From assembly GCF_009914755.1 (NCBI RefSeq), contig NC_060931.1: 64,000 nt of DNA. The stretch is one strand, 5' to 3'. The notes below the pieces were generated by a model. That model was not told the origin of the DNA. It saw only the letters and a program-made list of their open reading frames with translations, and did no database searches. How positions within the stretch are numbered: position 1 is the stretch's first letter; each line of letters begins with the position of its first letter. This DNA comes from the human T2T-CHM13v2.0 reference genome, Homo sapiens. Both the position numbers and the translations under genes were made by a program. This document shows, one piece after another, positions 38,831-52,546 of the stretch.

Positions 38831-41800
38831 GCCTCTGGATTTCGGTGTCACCCAGCGGCCCTGGCGCGGGCAGGGAGGGGGACCCTCGGCCCGCGGATCC
38901 CCCTCCGCTCTTCAGCCTGAAGCGACGAGGAGACCAGAAATGTCAATAGTTCTGATTTTTAAAAATCATCCCCCCTTCCCCGCCCCCAAGAAAAAGGGGA
39001 GGACCCAACTACAGAGTGAGAGGGTGGGAAGAAGCGGGAGCGGTAGAAGAAGGAATATGGTTGTGGAGGAGCCCAGCGGCTCCGGCTGCCTGGCGAGCCC
39101 GGGACCGGCGCGGGGAGGCGCGACGCCCGCCCGAGCACAGCGGGCAGCACCCGCGAGCCCGGGTCCCCGGTGAACACAGCTCCAGAAAGCGTCACCGAGA
39201 ATAACACATGGTAGATGACAAGTGTCCCGCCACATGCTTTCTTTTCGGGAATGCTTAAAGTAGAGCCGGCAAGCCGCGCGGTTCCCTTGCAAAGTTTGCC
39301 TGGCGCCGCGCGGCGGTTCCGCCATTTGTCCCGCCCCGCGGCTCTGGCGATTGTCTCCCCACTCCCCGCCCCCGAGGGTCTGAGGGACGCGTGCAACAGA
39401 GTCCCCAGGGCTCGAGGTACCACACAGCGCGGTCCGCTGCGGGCACTGCGCAGGAAGGGGCATGGGTGGCTACCGGGACGGTCATTTTATTGAGATGATT
39501 CAAGGAGCCGCAGACGCGGGGCAGGAAACTCCGGGGGAGCCGTGCTCGGGTTCTGCAGGGAAACCTCGGGATTCCCTTCGCATGCCGCATGCGGAAACCT
39601 GCCGGGCTCGACGTGCACAGTCCAGCGCTCCTCCCCACTAGTTACTGCCCAGGCCCCCCGATCCTGCACCCGCCGGAATGAGAGAAAGTAGCCCCTCGCC
39701 GCCCAGCTCCCGGGTAGCTGCTCCGGCCGGGCCTTGCGTTGGTGAGAAAGTTCCATCTAGAGGCGGCCGCGCGCAACTGCAGGCGGCGCCCTAGGCCCGG
39801 GCGAGCCAGGGAGAGCGGGGCGCGGGGGGAGAGGGGGCAGCCCAGGAGATAAGGAGGATGGAGAAGGACGGGAGAGACCCCGAAAAGGCAAGCTCTAGAC
39901 CCCCGTTCGGCATCTCTACAATGAATTTTATCTTCCTAAGCATCATGAACTTATAAGCATTATGTCAGGAATCTTTCATTAATTCCTGTATATATCGCCT
40001 GTTCTGTTCGGGTTATTTTAATTTTCACATCAACTCTGTGAGATGGTCAAAATTATTAAGCCCACTCTACAGATGGAGGCAGAAGCCGAGGCTTAGAGAC
40101 ACGGCTGGAAAGTATTACAGCCAGAAATCAGTGTCTGGCTTCAAAACCCCATAGCACTTCCTCCCTGGTGGTGTTGGCTTTTCCCAAGGCTGGTTGTAAT
40201 GTGCGAAGTTTCGATTGAGGAAACAGCTGTCTCTCTCCTAATTTCAAAAAAGGACCCTTGCCCTTTGTCACTTAGAAAAAATCTACAGGTTTTCAGCCCA
40301 GGGCACCTCTTCCCCTTTCGTTCCCTTCCTTCTCCCATCTCATGAGAGGCTCTTTGATTGTTGAATCATTATTTTATAGCTGCAACCACAAAAGAGGGAG
40401 GGAGGAGGATTTGGAGAGAGAAAATGGGCTGGGTCCTCTGTCTGAAAACCTTTCTGCATAGGGAACCTCAATTCCCTGTGAATGTCTAGTGCAGCTCTGA
40501 AGAGGGTGATCAGTGTCCGGTGCCACTTGGGACAAGGAAGGTGGGAAGAGGGAAGAGCTCCTAATTTATGCGGAGATGGGGCTGGGTGGACTTCCTGGTT
40601 GCACGCCTGCGTGTAAGACGCTTTAAAGATTTTCTTTTCTTAGGGACTGGAAGAGATCCCTCCTCCCCCAGAAGTGTAAAGTAAGTGCAGTGGCCTGATT
40701 TCTATAGCAGGAAGCCCACTCCACCCCAAACTCCAGACCCATGATCCCGGTCTGAGCAATGATATCACAGATAACGTAGAGGTATGAATAAGTCCGTTTT
40801 AGACCATTTACTACGTGTGCATTGATAAATTTGAGGGGAAAAGAGACACGACGGAGGGGAAAGGCAGAGGAGGCCCGCAAATACGTTGGGCATCGACAAC
40901 TGCTGACCACACATCGTCTTCAGGGTAGGCTAGAGGCCAGCTGCAGGGCCAGTTGGGTCGTTGCCTGGCATGAGCCAAGAGGGCAGCAGCCTGGTGCTCT
41001 AGTGGGCCCATTTTAATAATAAGGGCAATAAGGCTGGCTGTGGCTTTGGAAGCCTAAGGAGGCCGAGTGAGCCTCTTGGGGAAGAAATGCCTAATGAGCT
41101 GCCTTTCTCCTTTCCCTATTGATCATTACCTGCAGAGAACTGATGTCTTACAGGCACATCGCTGCCCTTTTTGGTGCAGCCTTCTGCGAGAAAACTAGAC
41201 TTGATCTCTCCTAAGGAAAGTGCAAGTCCGATGCTTCGTTTTGCATCATCTTTAACTCTTGATACTCAAAATAGAACCATCACTCAAATCCTACATGGAA
41301 TCTGGTCAATAAGAAATAGAGCCCTTCTATATATTCTTCAGTGTTTCCAATGGCTTTATCTAGTAGCCCCTGAGCAAGTGACACAGCCTTCTGTACAGGT
41401 TATAATTTGCCCATGTACAGGTTATAATTCGCCCAGACTGATAGCAACACTGGGACACAGGAAGAAAGATTGTCTCCAGGAGGGACTGGTCCTTATCAGT
41501 AACATTCACAGGAAAAAGTTATTGGCTGTACAACCTCTATTCGTCAGGGCCAAACACCATGATGCTGCTTGCTCATTGCTGCAATCTGAGTCAGGGGAGA
41601 GTGTCTGAAGACCAGGCCGTCCAGACATGCAGCTTATTCTAGAGTCATCCACCTTGCCTCCCCTTGGGATCCCACCCTCTGCAATACACACTGTGTCTTT
41701 GGAAAGTGTCTGACCTCATCCTCCATCCCACCCCAAATGTTTATTCAAACCAAGTATATTTCCTAGTAGTTAATCCTCCAGGAAGATTTGCCTATAATCT

Positions 41801-42334
41801 TCTCATTTTCAGTTGATTTAAAATGTGAGAAACTGCCCATGTGTTAGAAAATGCAAAAAACAATGCCATATGTTTGGGGTCCATTTAACTCAAGCTGTGA
41901 TACATATTCCACACATGGAGATTTATGCCACAATTCCTGCTTTGGAGTAATCATTAAGGCTGAGAACCTTTGCAGGCTACTCACCCAAGAGAAATATCGA
42001 CAGCATGATGCTCCCACATGGAGCAAAGCTGACAGGGGAAAGTGGGAATGGGATTTGTTTCTTTTGGAAACGAAGACAATATTTTTCTTGCTAGACCATC
42101 TGCACATGGCAGTGAGTGTACCATGTGGGTTTTGCTCAGTTTATTAGACACTGGCTGCTAGAAGCAAGATCAGACATGTTAGACTGACAGTCAGATAGAG
42201 CCAATGAGATTCATGACACCAATGTCATGAATGAGTGTGTTCTGCACTTCCACAGTCAACTCATACCTGCATACAGGAGTCATGGGAAAGATTCTTTAAG
42301 AATTTCTGACATATGGTATATGGGCATCTCTACT

Positions 42335-42790
42335 GGCTTCATTTGGGTTCCCCTAGAAGCACAACCTGAAACAAGGATTCAAGAGCAGGTAGTTTAAGAG
42401 GTGAAGGGAATCCCAGTACTCAGGTGGGGAAGTGAGCCAATAAAGGGTGCATTATCAAGCTAGGTATCACTGTAGGCACCTGGTACCTAATCCCAGTGGG
42501 GAACTCTGGAAGTCAGTGTAAAACACACAGCAGAGAGTGGGTCCAACTGAGGGATGAGGGAGCTGGGGTATCTATACACCAACACTTATAAGATGTTAGT
42601 TAAGAACTGCTACCAGATGATGTTTATTCTCTGGCAATTCTAGCCTATCACATGGATGGCAAAGCAGCCTCCAGAGATCATGTAAAGACCTCTGGAAAAA
42701 AAATGCAGGGGCTGGCAGTTAGTAGGCAGGTGATATGTAATCAGGGGTCAAGGACAAGACAATAAGGGCAGGTCACAGTTAGCCTCTGCA
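42335..42790 (-). mobile_element. LTR16-like ERVL LTR
   Basis: TTGGGTTCCCCTAGAAGCACAACCTGAAACAAGGATTCAAGAGCAGGTAGTTTA...GCCAATAAAGGGTGCATTATCAAGC. Confidence 0.65.
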
Positions 42791-42834
42791 ACACCTGTTT
42801 AGGCAAACCTCATAAAACTTGTACTAATCAAGGC

Positions 42835-43015
42835 AGTGCCTCTCTATGTGTGTTGCAAGGACCACCTGCCTCAAAATCACAGGGGTGCTGATTGTAAGCA
42901 CAGATTTCTGGGCCCTATCCCAGAGCTGTTTGAATCAGACTTGCTGGGATGGGGCCTGGGAAGCTGCCTGTTTTGCAAACGTTCCAGGAAATGACGTTCA
43001 CTAAAATTTAAAATG
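42835..43015. mobile_element. MER5-like MITE
   Basis: CAGATTTCTGGGCCCTATCCCAGA...TGAATCAGA...GGGGCCTGGGAA. Confidence 0.6.
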
Positions 43016-43351
43016 TACTACATTCAGGAAATCATTCTCCTCACAGGCAGCCAGCAGGCAGCACATTTAAATATATGAATACTTGCTTGCAATGCCTAAG
43101 GAGGCAGACCTGAGAAATGAGGAGCCCAGGGAAGGGGTGCCTATATGCTCATATCTGTCCATGGCCACAGAAGCTCTCTTTTCTCTCTTTTACTCCACTC
43201 TCCCTTTAGATGGGGTTTAACACTGAGAAGGTTCCATCGAGTATTTTCTGGGGGGAAAAAGAGGCTGAGCTCCACCCCTAACTTTGCCATTAATAAGTCA
43301 TATTATCTTGACCCTTTCACATTTCTATACTGCAATTCCTGACCTATAACA

Positions 43352-43790
43352 TGTGGTTGGCAAAAAGACACCTGTCCAGCCAAGGTTCATGTTCCCCTTT
43401 CAATAATGTAGAGTTTTTACTGGAAAGAGGCTGTCCCCTCTGCCACACACACTCAGGAACTACATATCCCTTCCCTCCCTTGCATCCAGATGGAGTCAAG
43501 TATCTAGTTCTTACTTACAGTATGAACAGAAGTGATGCAGGTCGCTTCTGGGCCAAGGAAGTCAAGAAGCAGACACCTCCTCACCCTTTCTTTCTCCTTC
43601 TGCCAATGGAGATAGAGATTAGCAGCTCAAGATGCAAGGGCCAGGGTCCTCGAATTTCCAAGCTGAGGAATGCTGCATCCCTACTAGAAACATCCACATT
43701 GAATTTTTGGGTGAAAGAGAAACTTTCACTGTGTCGAGTCACTGAAATTTGGGAATTCAATTGTTATAGCACCTAGTGTTATTAATAACA
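43352..43790 (+). mobile_element. Old MLT1-type LTR remnant
   Basis: TG start; 3' end GTCACTGAAATTTGGG...TTGTTATAGCA...AATAACA resembles MLT1. Confidence 0.5.
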
Positions 43791-44516
43791 TGGACATGGT
43801 AACATCCGTCTCCGCTAACGTAGGAAACACAGGGGGAAGATGTTCCTGCTTCTCGAAGAACCAATTGAGGTCAAGCTGTAATCATGGTCGTGTGCCCTTC
43901 CTTGATAACATTTATGACTCAGAGGAACAGGGCCACATTTGTCTCCTTCCTGAGCCCAGTCCTCCCTATCACTGGCATAGCCTAAGATAAGGCGGCTCCT
44001 CTGCCTCACTGTAGTGTTTGCCTCTTCACTGAATAGCCACTCACTGAGACCAGGGACATCTTCAGGCCAAGGCAGAGAATTGCTTTTCATCTCTTCTTTT
44101 ATCACCTCTCTCAAGTATCAAAAAAAAAAAAAAAAAAAAAGATTCTTTTGAACTACCTGAGAAAAGGAAGTTGTGTTTCCCCAAGCTCTGAAACACACTT
44201 ACTTTCTTCCGTACCCATCCTTCTCAGATCAGTTTAGTCCTGTCTTCTCCTCAGAAACCTTCCCAAACTTCTAGAGCATCCTAATCATACCCACACAGTT
44301 CAGCTGTTGGTTGTTTATTTTCCTACATTTCTCTATATTGCTGCACATCTGTCAAGCTGAACTAGACTGTCTTATGGTGTACTGGCTGTGACTTCATTTG
44401 GGTCCCTGAGCACATAGTAGCTAATCATGAGTTATCTGATGATTAACCTGGAAAGAGTCAAATGGCCACCCCACCACCACTGCTATCACCACAACTTCTG
44501 CCATCACCACCACCAA

Positions 44517-44889
44517 TGATATGGTTTGACTGTGTTCCCACCCAAATCTCATCTTGAATTCTAGTTCCCAAAATCCCCATGTATTGTGGGAGGGACCCAG
44601 TGGGAGATAATTGAATCATGGGGACAGTTACCTCCATGCTGTTCTTGTGATAGGGAGTGAGTTCTCATGAGATCTGATGGTTTTATAAGAGGCTTTTCCC
44701 CCATTTCACTCTGCATTTCTCCTTCCTTCCGCCATGTGAAGGACATGTTTGCTTCCCCTTCCACCGTGATTGTAAGTTTCCTGAGGCCTCCCCAGCCATG
44801 AGGAACTGTGAGTCAATTAAACCTCTTTCCGTTATAAATTAGCCAGTCTCAGGTATGTCCTTACAGCAGCTTGAGAACGGGCTAATACA
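44517..44889 (+). mobile_element. THE1B/C-type MaLR solo LTR
   Basis: TGATATGGTTTGACTGTG...GTCAATTAAACCTCTTTC...GCTAATACA; near-perfect TSD ACCAA/ACCAC. Confidence 0.93.
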
Positions 44890-45484
44890 ACCACCATCAC
44901 CTTCACAACTACTACAATCACAAAAACCACCACCACCATCACCATGACCATCATAGTGACCACCAGCACCACTTTCACCACAACTGTCACCACAACCACC
45001 ACCATTGCCACCATCACCACCACAATCACTACTACCATCACTACCACTACCACAACCATCACCACCACTACCACCATTACCATCGCCATCACCACAACCA
45101 CCTTCACCACAACCACCACAATCACTACCACCATCACCACCACCACTGCCACCACCACCATCACTACCATTATCACCACCACCATCACCACCACCACTAC
45201 CCCCACCACCATCACTACCATTATCACCATCACCACCACCACCACCTTCACCACAATCATCACCATCACTACCACCATCACCACCACCACCACCACCTTC
45301 ACCACAATCATCACCATCACTACCACCATCACCACCACCACCACCATCACCACCACTACCACCATCATCACCACCACCATCACCACAACAACCATGACCA
45401 CCATCACCACCATTCCTTCTACCACCACAATCACCATCATCGCTACCATTGTCACCATCACCACCACCATCACCACTACCATCC
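44890..45484. repeat. ~600-bp degenerate (ACC/ATC/ACT/ACA)n triplet repeat with higher-order units
   Basis: About 200 phased triplets; explains the poly-Thr/Pro/Val/Gly pseudo-ORFs in the track. Confidence 0.97.
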
Positions 45485-46416
45485 CTCACAAACACAGCGT
45501 AGCTCCCTTTGAGGCCAAAAGGTGACACTAAAGAAAGCTTACTATACATCATATTTGGAAATCACTTGGTAAAAATTGCTGGATGTCACTTAATCCTTAA
45601 TGTGACTTTGATTCATACATTTATCTCATCTCTTTAGGTTTAAAAATTATTTAAACCTTACATTATTTTATATTTCATTAGATTTTTAATCTGAATCTCA
45701 GAAACCTGAGTAAGAAAAGCAATTAGGACAATGTTCGGCAAATAGAATGTAAACGTTAGCTGCTAGCTGATATTGTCCAGAAAACAATCTATATTACATT
45801 TCATATGAGTTTAAGTTCATAACAAAAACTTCTTGTGATAATCTTAATGTCAGAAATGAGCAATAATTTCACGAGACTTCTAGTGACAGAATTCTCTGGC
45901 TTGTTTTGCTACTGCCTTTCATCTGACCAGGTAGTAATAGCCAAACAAAAGGATATAAATGAGCATGAACTCAATAATGAGTCCAGCCAAGCTATTTGAT
46001 TCTTTCGCTCTTGAGCACCCGTTTGGCTCAGGGACCCAAATGAGGTCATAGCCACTACATTATAAGACGGTCCAATTTAGCCTGACAGATGTACAATCAT
46101 ATAGAGAAACTATAGGAAAATATACAACCAACAGCTAAATTATATAAGCCAGATCAGGGTGCTCTACGAGTTTGGGAAAGTTTTGAGAAGATAGGATCAA
46201 GCTGTTCTAGGAAGAATTGGTAGAGAAGAAACAATGAGTGTGTTCCGGTGCTTATGAGAAACAGTTTCCCCCTTCCCAGGTAGTTCAAAAAAATCTTACT
46301 AAAATATCTTCTAGATGCAAAATGTGACTTAAGGTAAGCAAATCATGAATTCCACCTAAGGGTATTGAGATACCAAAAAGGACTCTGCTAAAGGAATAGT
46401 TCACCTAAAAGGCAAC

Positions 46417-47006
46417 ATATTAATTATCTACTGCTACATAACAAAGTACACCCATAACTAACAGTTTTACACTGTACATATTTATGATCTTGTAGTTTCT
46501 ATTGGTCAGGAATCCAGGCATGGCTTACCTAGGTTTTCAGCTCAGGTTTTCTCATAAGGCTGCAATCAAGATGTTACCTGAGGCCTCAGTCATTTCAAGA
46601 TGAGTCTTGAAAATGGGCTGGGGTAGAATCTGATCTGCTTCCAAGCTCACTCAGTGGTTGTTGGCAGGATTTAGTTCTTTGCTGGCTGTTGGGTGGAGGT
46701 CATCCTAGTTCCTTGCCACATGGGCCTCTCTCTAAGGCAGCTCATAACATGGTAACTGCCTTCATTAGAGTGAGCAAGTGAGAAAGAGAGCAAAAGAATA
46801 TCAGCAAGATGAAAGTCACCACCTTTTATAATCTAATCTTGGAAGATTTGCCACATTCCCATCACATTTGCCCATATCCTATTCATTAGAAATAGGTGTC
46901 TAGGTCCAGCTCACACTCAATGGAAAGCAAGTGATTACACTACACAAGGACATGAATGCCAGGAAGCAGGGCTTATTGGGCCCGCCTTAGAAGTCTGCCT
47001 ACCACA
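46417..47006 (-). mobile_element. MLT1F/G-type MaLR LTR
   Basis: GGTCAGGAATCCAGGCATGGCTTA...AGGCTGCAATCAAGATG...TGCTTCCAAGCTCACTCA...TAGAAGTCTGCCTACCACA. Confidence 0.8.
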
Positions 47007-50000
47007 GGTGGGTCTACAGTTGGTACTGTAGACTCTGTTACAAGGGGACTTGTAAAGCTTTTAACATGACCACCTACAGTTAGATCTCTTGAGCAAGGAA
47101 CAGCATATACCATTTATAAAGAACTCTAGTTAATGGAGAGTTAATACGTTATTGCATTTTTTCAAACAGGGAAAAATAAGTGTGTGAGGTGAAGAAGTAA
47201 CAGTGGGCAGGGATCCCACTGGTTTTTAACAGCTTTAATTTTATTCTTTTATTTCTGGGTGGTCACAAAGCACTCTAAAGGATTTCTCCTGCAGTACCTG
47301 ACATCAATCTTATTTTTCCCTTTCTTCTCTTCCTACTTCTTTCTCACTTCTTCCACATTCATACTTAGCGGTGACTTCATTGAAGGGAAGAAGAGTGAAA
47401 GAGGATAATTTGCAGGAGTTATTGCACTTGCTAATTTTCCACCCATTTCAAGCTGAGAGGAGAAAGAAAGAGAAGAAGCAAAGAAATCAAATAAGGAGGA
47501 AGGAAAGGAGAAAGAGGAGAGAAAATGAAGGCTACAGAGAAGACTCTAGCCATCTGTGTCTTTGTTGCCTTAAATTAGAAGTGAGGGAGAAATCCCCAGC
47601 TCCCTTCTCTGAGCTAGAAAAGCAGAATCCAGGAGGATTGCCAGGAGCAAGTTCTGGGTACAGTTTTTGGAGTGAGGAAGTGGTGGTAGAGCTGAGGCAG
47701 GTGCAGGCTGGTGGGAACGCTAGGGGCTGCAGGCAGGAAAAGCTGCCCAACAGCATGGGGAGCAGTGAGATCACAGGGCAGTGGACCCATAAGGGAGGAA
47801 AGGGAGCTGTGCCCAGAACAGCAGCTGGAGGGCAGATCTGGGTCCAGATTATGAGTTATGAAATATGAAGACTTGAATGAAAGGTGGAAACTAATCTTTC
47901 CCCAAAGACATGGTACTGGATGATCAAAATTGGGAGGGGTCTTTAGGCTGGCCTACAGAAAGACCCCATTTCTGTATTCTGTGCCTGCTTACTTCTCTCT
48001 CCCTTCTTCTTCAGGTTCTTCTCCCCTTGTCTCCTAACTCTACCCTTTCCCTTTCCATTTTCCTTTCTTCCATCTTCCTTTTTCCATGTCTTTCAGTTCT
48101 CACTCCTTACGTGAACTAATTATAGGATAGAAAGATATTATATGTTTTACTTCCAGAATAGAATTTCCTGTTCCCTTTTCTAAATTTAAAACCTTGACAG
48201 ATGTTTATTTGTTATAAATCCTTATGTTTTAACTCCATTAAGTTATTTTTCATTTGTGTGACCCTCAATAGATTTTTCTCTCCTGTGACCCTTGATGGAA
48301 AAGAATTTTCATGTCCCTGCTCAAACTATAATTGTCGGATTCAGTGTCTGTATCATGTGCTTGGCTGTTAGGATAAAAGAGCACCTTTTTAGCAAATCCT
48401 TCCTTGATGAAAAAGATATTTTCAAAAATAAAAGTTCAAGGCTTCCAATTGGAAACTTTCAAATCTGAACTAAATTTAAAATCTCTGCAGATGACCTGTG
48501 GATTGAAGATTTCTTACAATAGATAGTCAGTAAAAAACAGAGGCTTTCAGTGTTAAACTGGTTTAAATAGTCTATATTGCAAATCTGTTGCCGCATCCAT
48601 TCTTGATGAATGATGGTCAAGAACTTTATTGCCAGCAGGGAAAATAAAGATGATAAGCAACAATTTGATCTCAGGCTTTGTGGAGAAAAAAGGCCTAGCT
48701 CTTAAAAGCCTAAAATTAAACATTTCACCTCAATTCTGATACTGTTTTAGCAGCATGTGGAGGGCCTCCAGATGCTACACTCTGAGGTGTGATCCTGTCA
48801 CTGTCACAGCTTACGGACTATGTCACAGCAGTGCCTTGACTAGGAAAACTCCCAGAGACACCTGCATGTCCCTGGATGGTGCTCCAGCCACCACAAGGCA
48901 GGGCTGCACTCTTCCCCACTGCCAGGCAAGGCCAAAACATCCCCTCACATTGGTGAATATTTCAGGCAAACCCAGTGTCCTACCATAAAGACGTTTAGAT
49001 AATACACTGTGTGCAAGGCTAAATCAGGTGAAAATTTTGTAAACTCCTGAGTACACAGATTGGCAATACTATCGTGTCTTCAGAGACTGCACTGTGCACA
49101 ATCAGCAGAGTTCATACGCTGTCATCTAACCATCTGACAAGACCAGCCATTTTGCCAGCATTGTTCTCTCAGAAGAATTGTTTTCAGATAAATGCATTCA
49201 AGCACATACATTTGTGAAGCTAAAATTAACCACATAAGGTCTGGGATTCCTTTTTATAAAGGTTCAAAACTGTGAGAGGAGGAAGTTTGAATCTTCCCTC
49301 TATCAATGAGGACTACAACTTCCAACTAGGCTTGAAAGAAGATGAAAGAGAAGAAAACAGAAAGGGAAGAAGAAAGGGTAGGGCAGCTAAGGCAGGAAAG
49401 GAGGCCAGAAGATTGCTTTGGAATGAAGGAAAAGAATGAAAGTCACCCCCAAAACAGAAGAATTGTTTCTAAAGAACTTAAATTTTGGTCACACCTAGAA
49501 TCCATAAGCTAGAAAAAACTATTGAGTGATCCTGTCCTAACCCGTCATGTCATGATGAGAAAACCGATGATGCCCAGAGCAAGGAAGCAATTTGCTCAAA
49601 GTCCCCTGGTGAGTTATAGAAAAAGATGGGAATAGAAGACTGACTTCTTGATGTTGGACACATCCTTTGCACACACAAGGACTCTTAAAAGAGCCCATGA
49701 TTATTGGACTTGGCATTAGCCATGACTGTAGTTGGACTCTTTTGTGGGAGTTACGGCAATGGTTTGAGTCTTATGCATATACAGAAAAAAAAAAATATAT
49801 ATATATATATGTATATAATGCAAATTTTAACTATAGTTAAGCATGTATACATAATATATATGTTTACAGTATTACACATTTCTTTGATTATTCTATGTAA
49901 TGTATACTTTAAATAGAAGCAATAATATGTTTTCTACTAAACCATGCTCTAACGTTCACTGAGTTTTTTAATTCACCTGACCAAAAGTCTTCACCGCAAG

Positions 50001-51419
50001 TACATTCAAATGGAGGAGACAGATAAGGAAAGCAAATATGGCCATTTATTTACATTTTCCAAAAGCACATGTTAAACATTACCTCCACTTTAGCACAGCA
50101 TTATCCTAGCAACAGCTTTTATTTCGATCTTATTTTCAAGACATGTGAATAAAAGGGATGGATCCTATAACAACTTTGACTCCTCCCTGAGAACAGGATT
50201 AATTCTAGGCAATGCCAACAAACTGACAAAGATTGCTAAAGCTCCTCTTCCTCAGCTAATGTGACCTTAGTCCTTAGTCTTCCTCTTGCCAATCCCTCAT
50301 ACCCTGTCCCCCAGGAGTGAAATTATGAACATTTTAACACAGTGGCATCATGGAAACTCTTAATGCTTAACATACGCAGACTATTTCTTCTGCGTATTAA
50401 AGAGGACTGTTCAGATCACTAAACTGTGTCAAACCAAATTACTAAATGCTGAAAGCAGCCATATACATATTAATTAGACAGACAAGGAAGTATGATTTTC
50501 TAGATTTTGAATTCAACTAGGGTTAAGCTACTTGGCTTCTCAAGAATGGCTTCTAAGTGTCTTACCGTGCAACCCTGGTGGCATGTTTAGTGCCTATATG
50601 TACTAAGATGATGAAGCCCTCTGCATTTCTAGAACTTGTTTTTTCCACCTGCCTTACTCTCACTCCCCCAGTCAGGGCCCAGGTGGTATTTCTGTGATGT
50701 CCTTCTCTCCCTTCAATTCTCTTCTGTCTCTCCTTAACCAACAAATCAACCAACCAGCAAATAACCAACCAATCTTCTTCTGTCCAAAACAAACAAACAA
50801 ACAAAATACGAAACTAAACAACTTCACAACTAACTCTCGCAACTCTCTCATATATTCCTAAAATGACTGAAACTCCGTCGTCGTTTTTCTTCATTCCTTC
50901 ATTCAAGAGGGTTCCTCTTCTTACCCCTTGAGTGTTCAAATGCCTTCACAGTCTCTATCCCAAAGAAAAAGCTACTCTTGAAAAATCCTACATTAATATT
51001 TAAGTGACTACCAGCACTGTAGAAAGATAACATCTCCCAGGGAAGATCTTGCCTTTTAGCAAAGTTCTGTGAGGTTGTATTCACAGTGCCCATCCAGTTC
51101 CCAGGGCAAAACAGACTCTCAATTTTTGTTGAATTGGCATATGGTTCTGTGGGCAAAATTAAAAATTTCCCAATCAAACTCTGCTTTTTGGAGGGATAAC
51201 TCTATTAATACTAATTCACTTTGGATAGGGCCAATCTTGGTTGACCAGGTAGTTATTCAAAAAAACTATTGGATTGTGACAATGATAAATTTTATTATTT
51301 TAGTCTTGGTGAAAAAAAAACTCATAATTTTCATGGATGGTTTTTCATACCAACTAGTTTATAAACTTCAATTCAGAGAAGGTATGAATATGATGTGTTA
51401 AGAATTTATTTTCCACACC

Positions 51420-51565
51420 ACCTAACACATGCTTTACCTGTAGTCAGGGTTCAGTAGATACTTGATGAATAAATGTGAAAACAAATGAATAAAAATTGAT
51501 GGAAAAATGAATGGATGGAAAGATGGATGCATGGATGGATGATGGAAGGACAGACGGATGGATGA
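51420..51565 (+). repeat. L2 tail with (TGAA/TGGA)n simple repeat
   Basis: CCTAACACATG...TCAGTAGATACTTGATGAATAAATG followed by TGGA units. Confidence 0.6.
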
Positions 51566-52546
51566 AACAAAAGAGGAGAGTATTAGTTGACTGAAAGGGA
51601 AGTCACAGATTAAATGCCACAATTCACTTTCACCCAAGACAAAAATTACGTGTAGTTTCAACTAGAAGGGAAAATACATATTAAAGACAGAAAAAGGTAA
51701 TAAAAGGATGAAGAAAGGGATCAGTGCAAGAAGTAGACCTGGAAGTAAGAGATTCATGATGATAAGAAAACTTTAGCACACCACGGTGTCAGAAAATTAT
51801 CTGAAACTTGGAAATAGGCAAAAGGGGATTACTGGGAACCTTTTCAGTCAAGTGCTGAGCTTGGTTGGCATTTTATTGCCAAGGCCAGTTTACAACTCTG
51901 CAGAGACAGTGGTTAACCTGTAGATTTTTGCTTGCTACAATGGATAACCAGAGAAGTTATGGTTTATGGTTCTATTGAATATTAACCACTTTTGTATCTA
52001 ATCCCTCCATCTTATTTTAGCATTGCCTATAAATTCCTAGCAACTCAAAATGCTCTTGGAACCATTTTTAAATGTCTTTCAAGTTTCCTCATTAATTAGT
52101 GAGTTGAATAAAATCTTTGACAATTGCTCATTCTATATTTGCATGAGAGTCATGATTTTCTCTTTGCAAAATGTATCAAGGGTCTTCACAACACATCCTT
52201 AGAGAAACATTAGGTTATTTAGCAAATAGAACTTTCAACTGCGGTTCTACCTGGTTCTCTGACCCCAAAACACACGAAGACATTTGGCTAGTCCCTTGCA
52301 GTTTGGCTTCTCTCTGTGAAAGTCTTGATGACTAAAGCAAATAGTTGTGCATCCTTTTCACAATATGTATTCAGTACCCATATTACACATTTCTGTACTA
52401 GGAAATATGGGGAAAATGTACTTTTTGAAAAATTCAATGTACTTTTGGATAAAATTGGGACATGAAAAGCCATTGCAGTTTTTCACCAAATGAAAAGAAT
52501 AAATAGTGATTTCCTTTCTGTTTGAAAGTAACTAAAGTTTGAAAAA

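Larger units (their letters stand above)
36810..39910. promoter_or_regulatory. CpG island / TATA-less GRM8 promoter region
   Basis: Abrupt rise in GC and CpG density relative to CpG-depleted flanks; three NotI sites (GCGGCCGC near 38571, 38666, 39763); two lobes separated by a CpG-poor spacer around 37980-38130. Confidence 0.92.

Noticed and set aside
36528-39756. Many 100-245 aa ORFs on both strands in the CpG island
   Set aside because: Ala/Arg/Pro/Gly-rich with no recognisable domain; expected from stop-codon scarcity in GC-rich DNA.
44832-45552. Mucin-, extensin- or glycine-rich-like long ORFs
   Set aside because: They are translations of the phased triplet repeat in several frames, with no splice or promoter support.
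47371-47868. 165-aa ORF
   Set aside because: GTG start, driven by a purine-rich low-complexity tract; no homology recognised.
50372-50397. 9-bp hairpin ATACGCAGA...TCTGCGTAT
   Set aside because: Too short for a pre-miRNA; a couple of such stems are expected by chance in this window.
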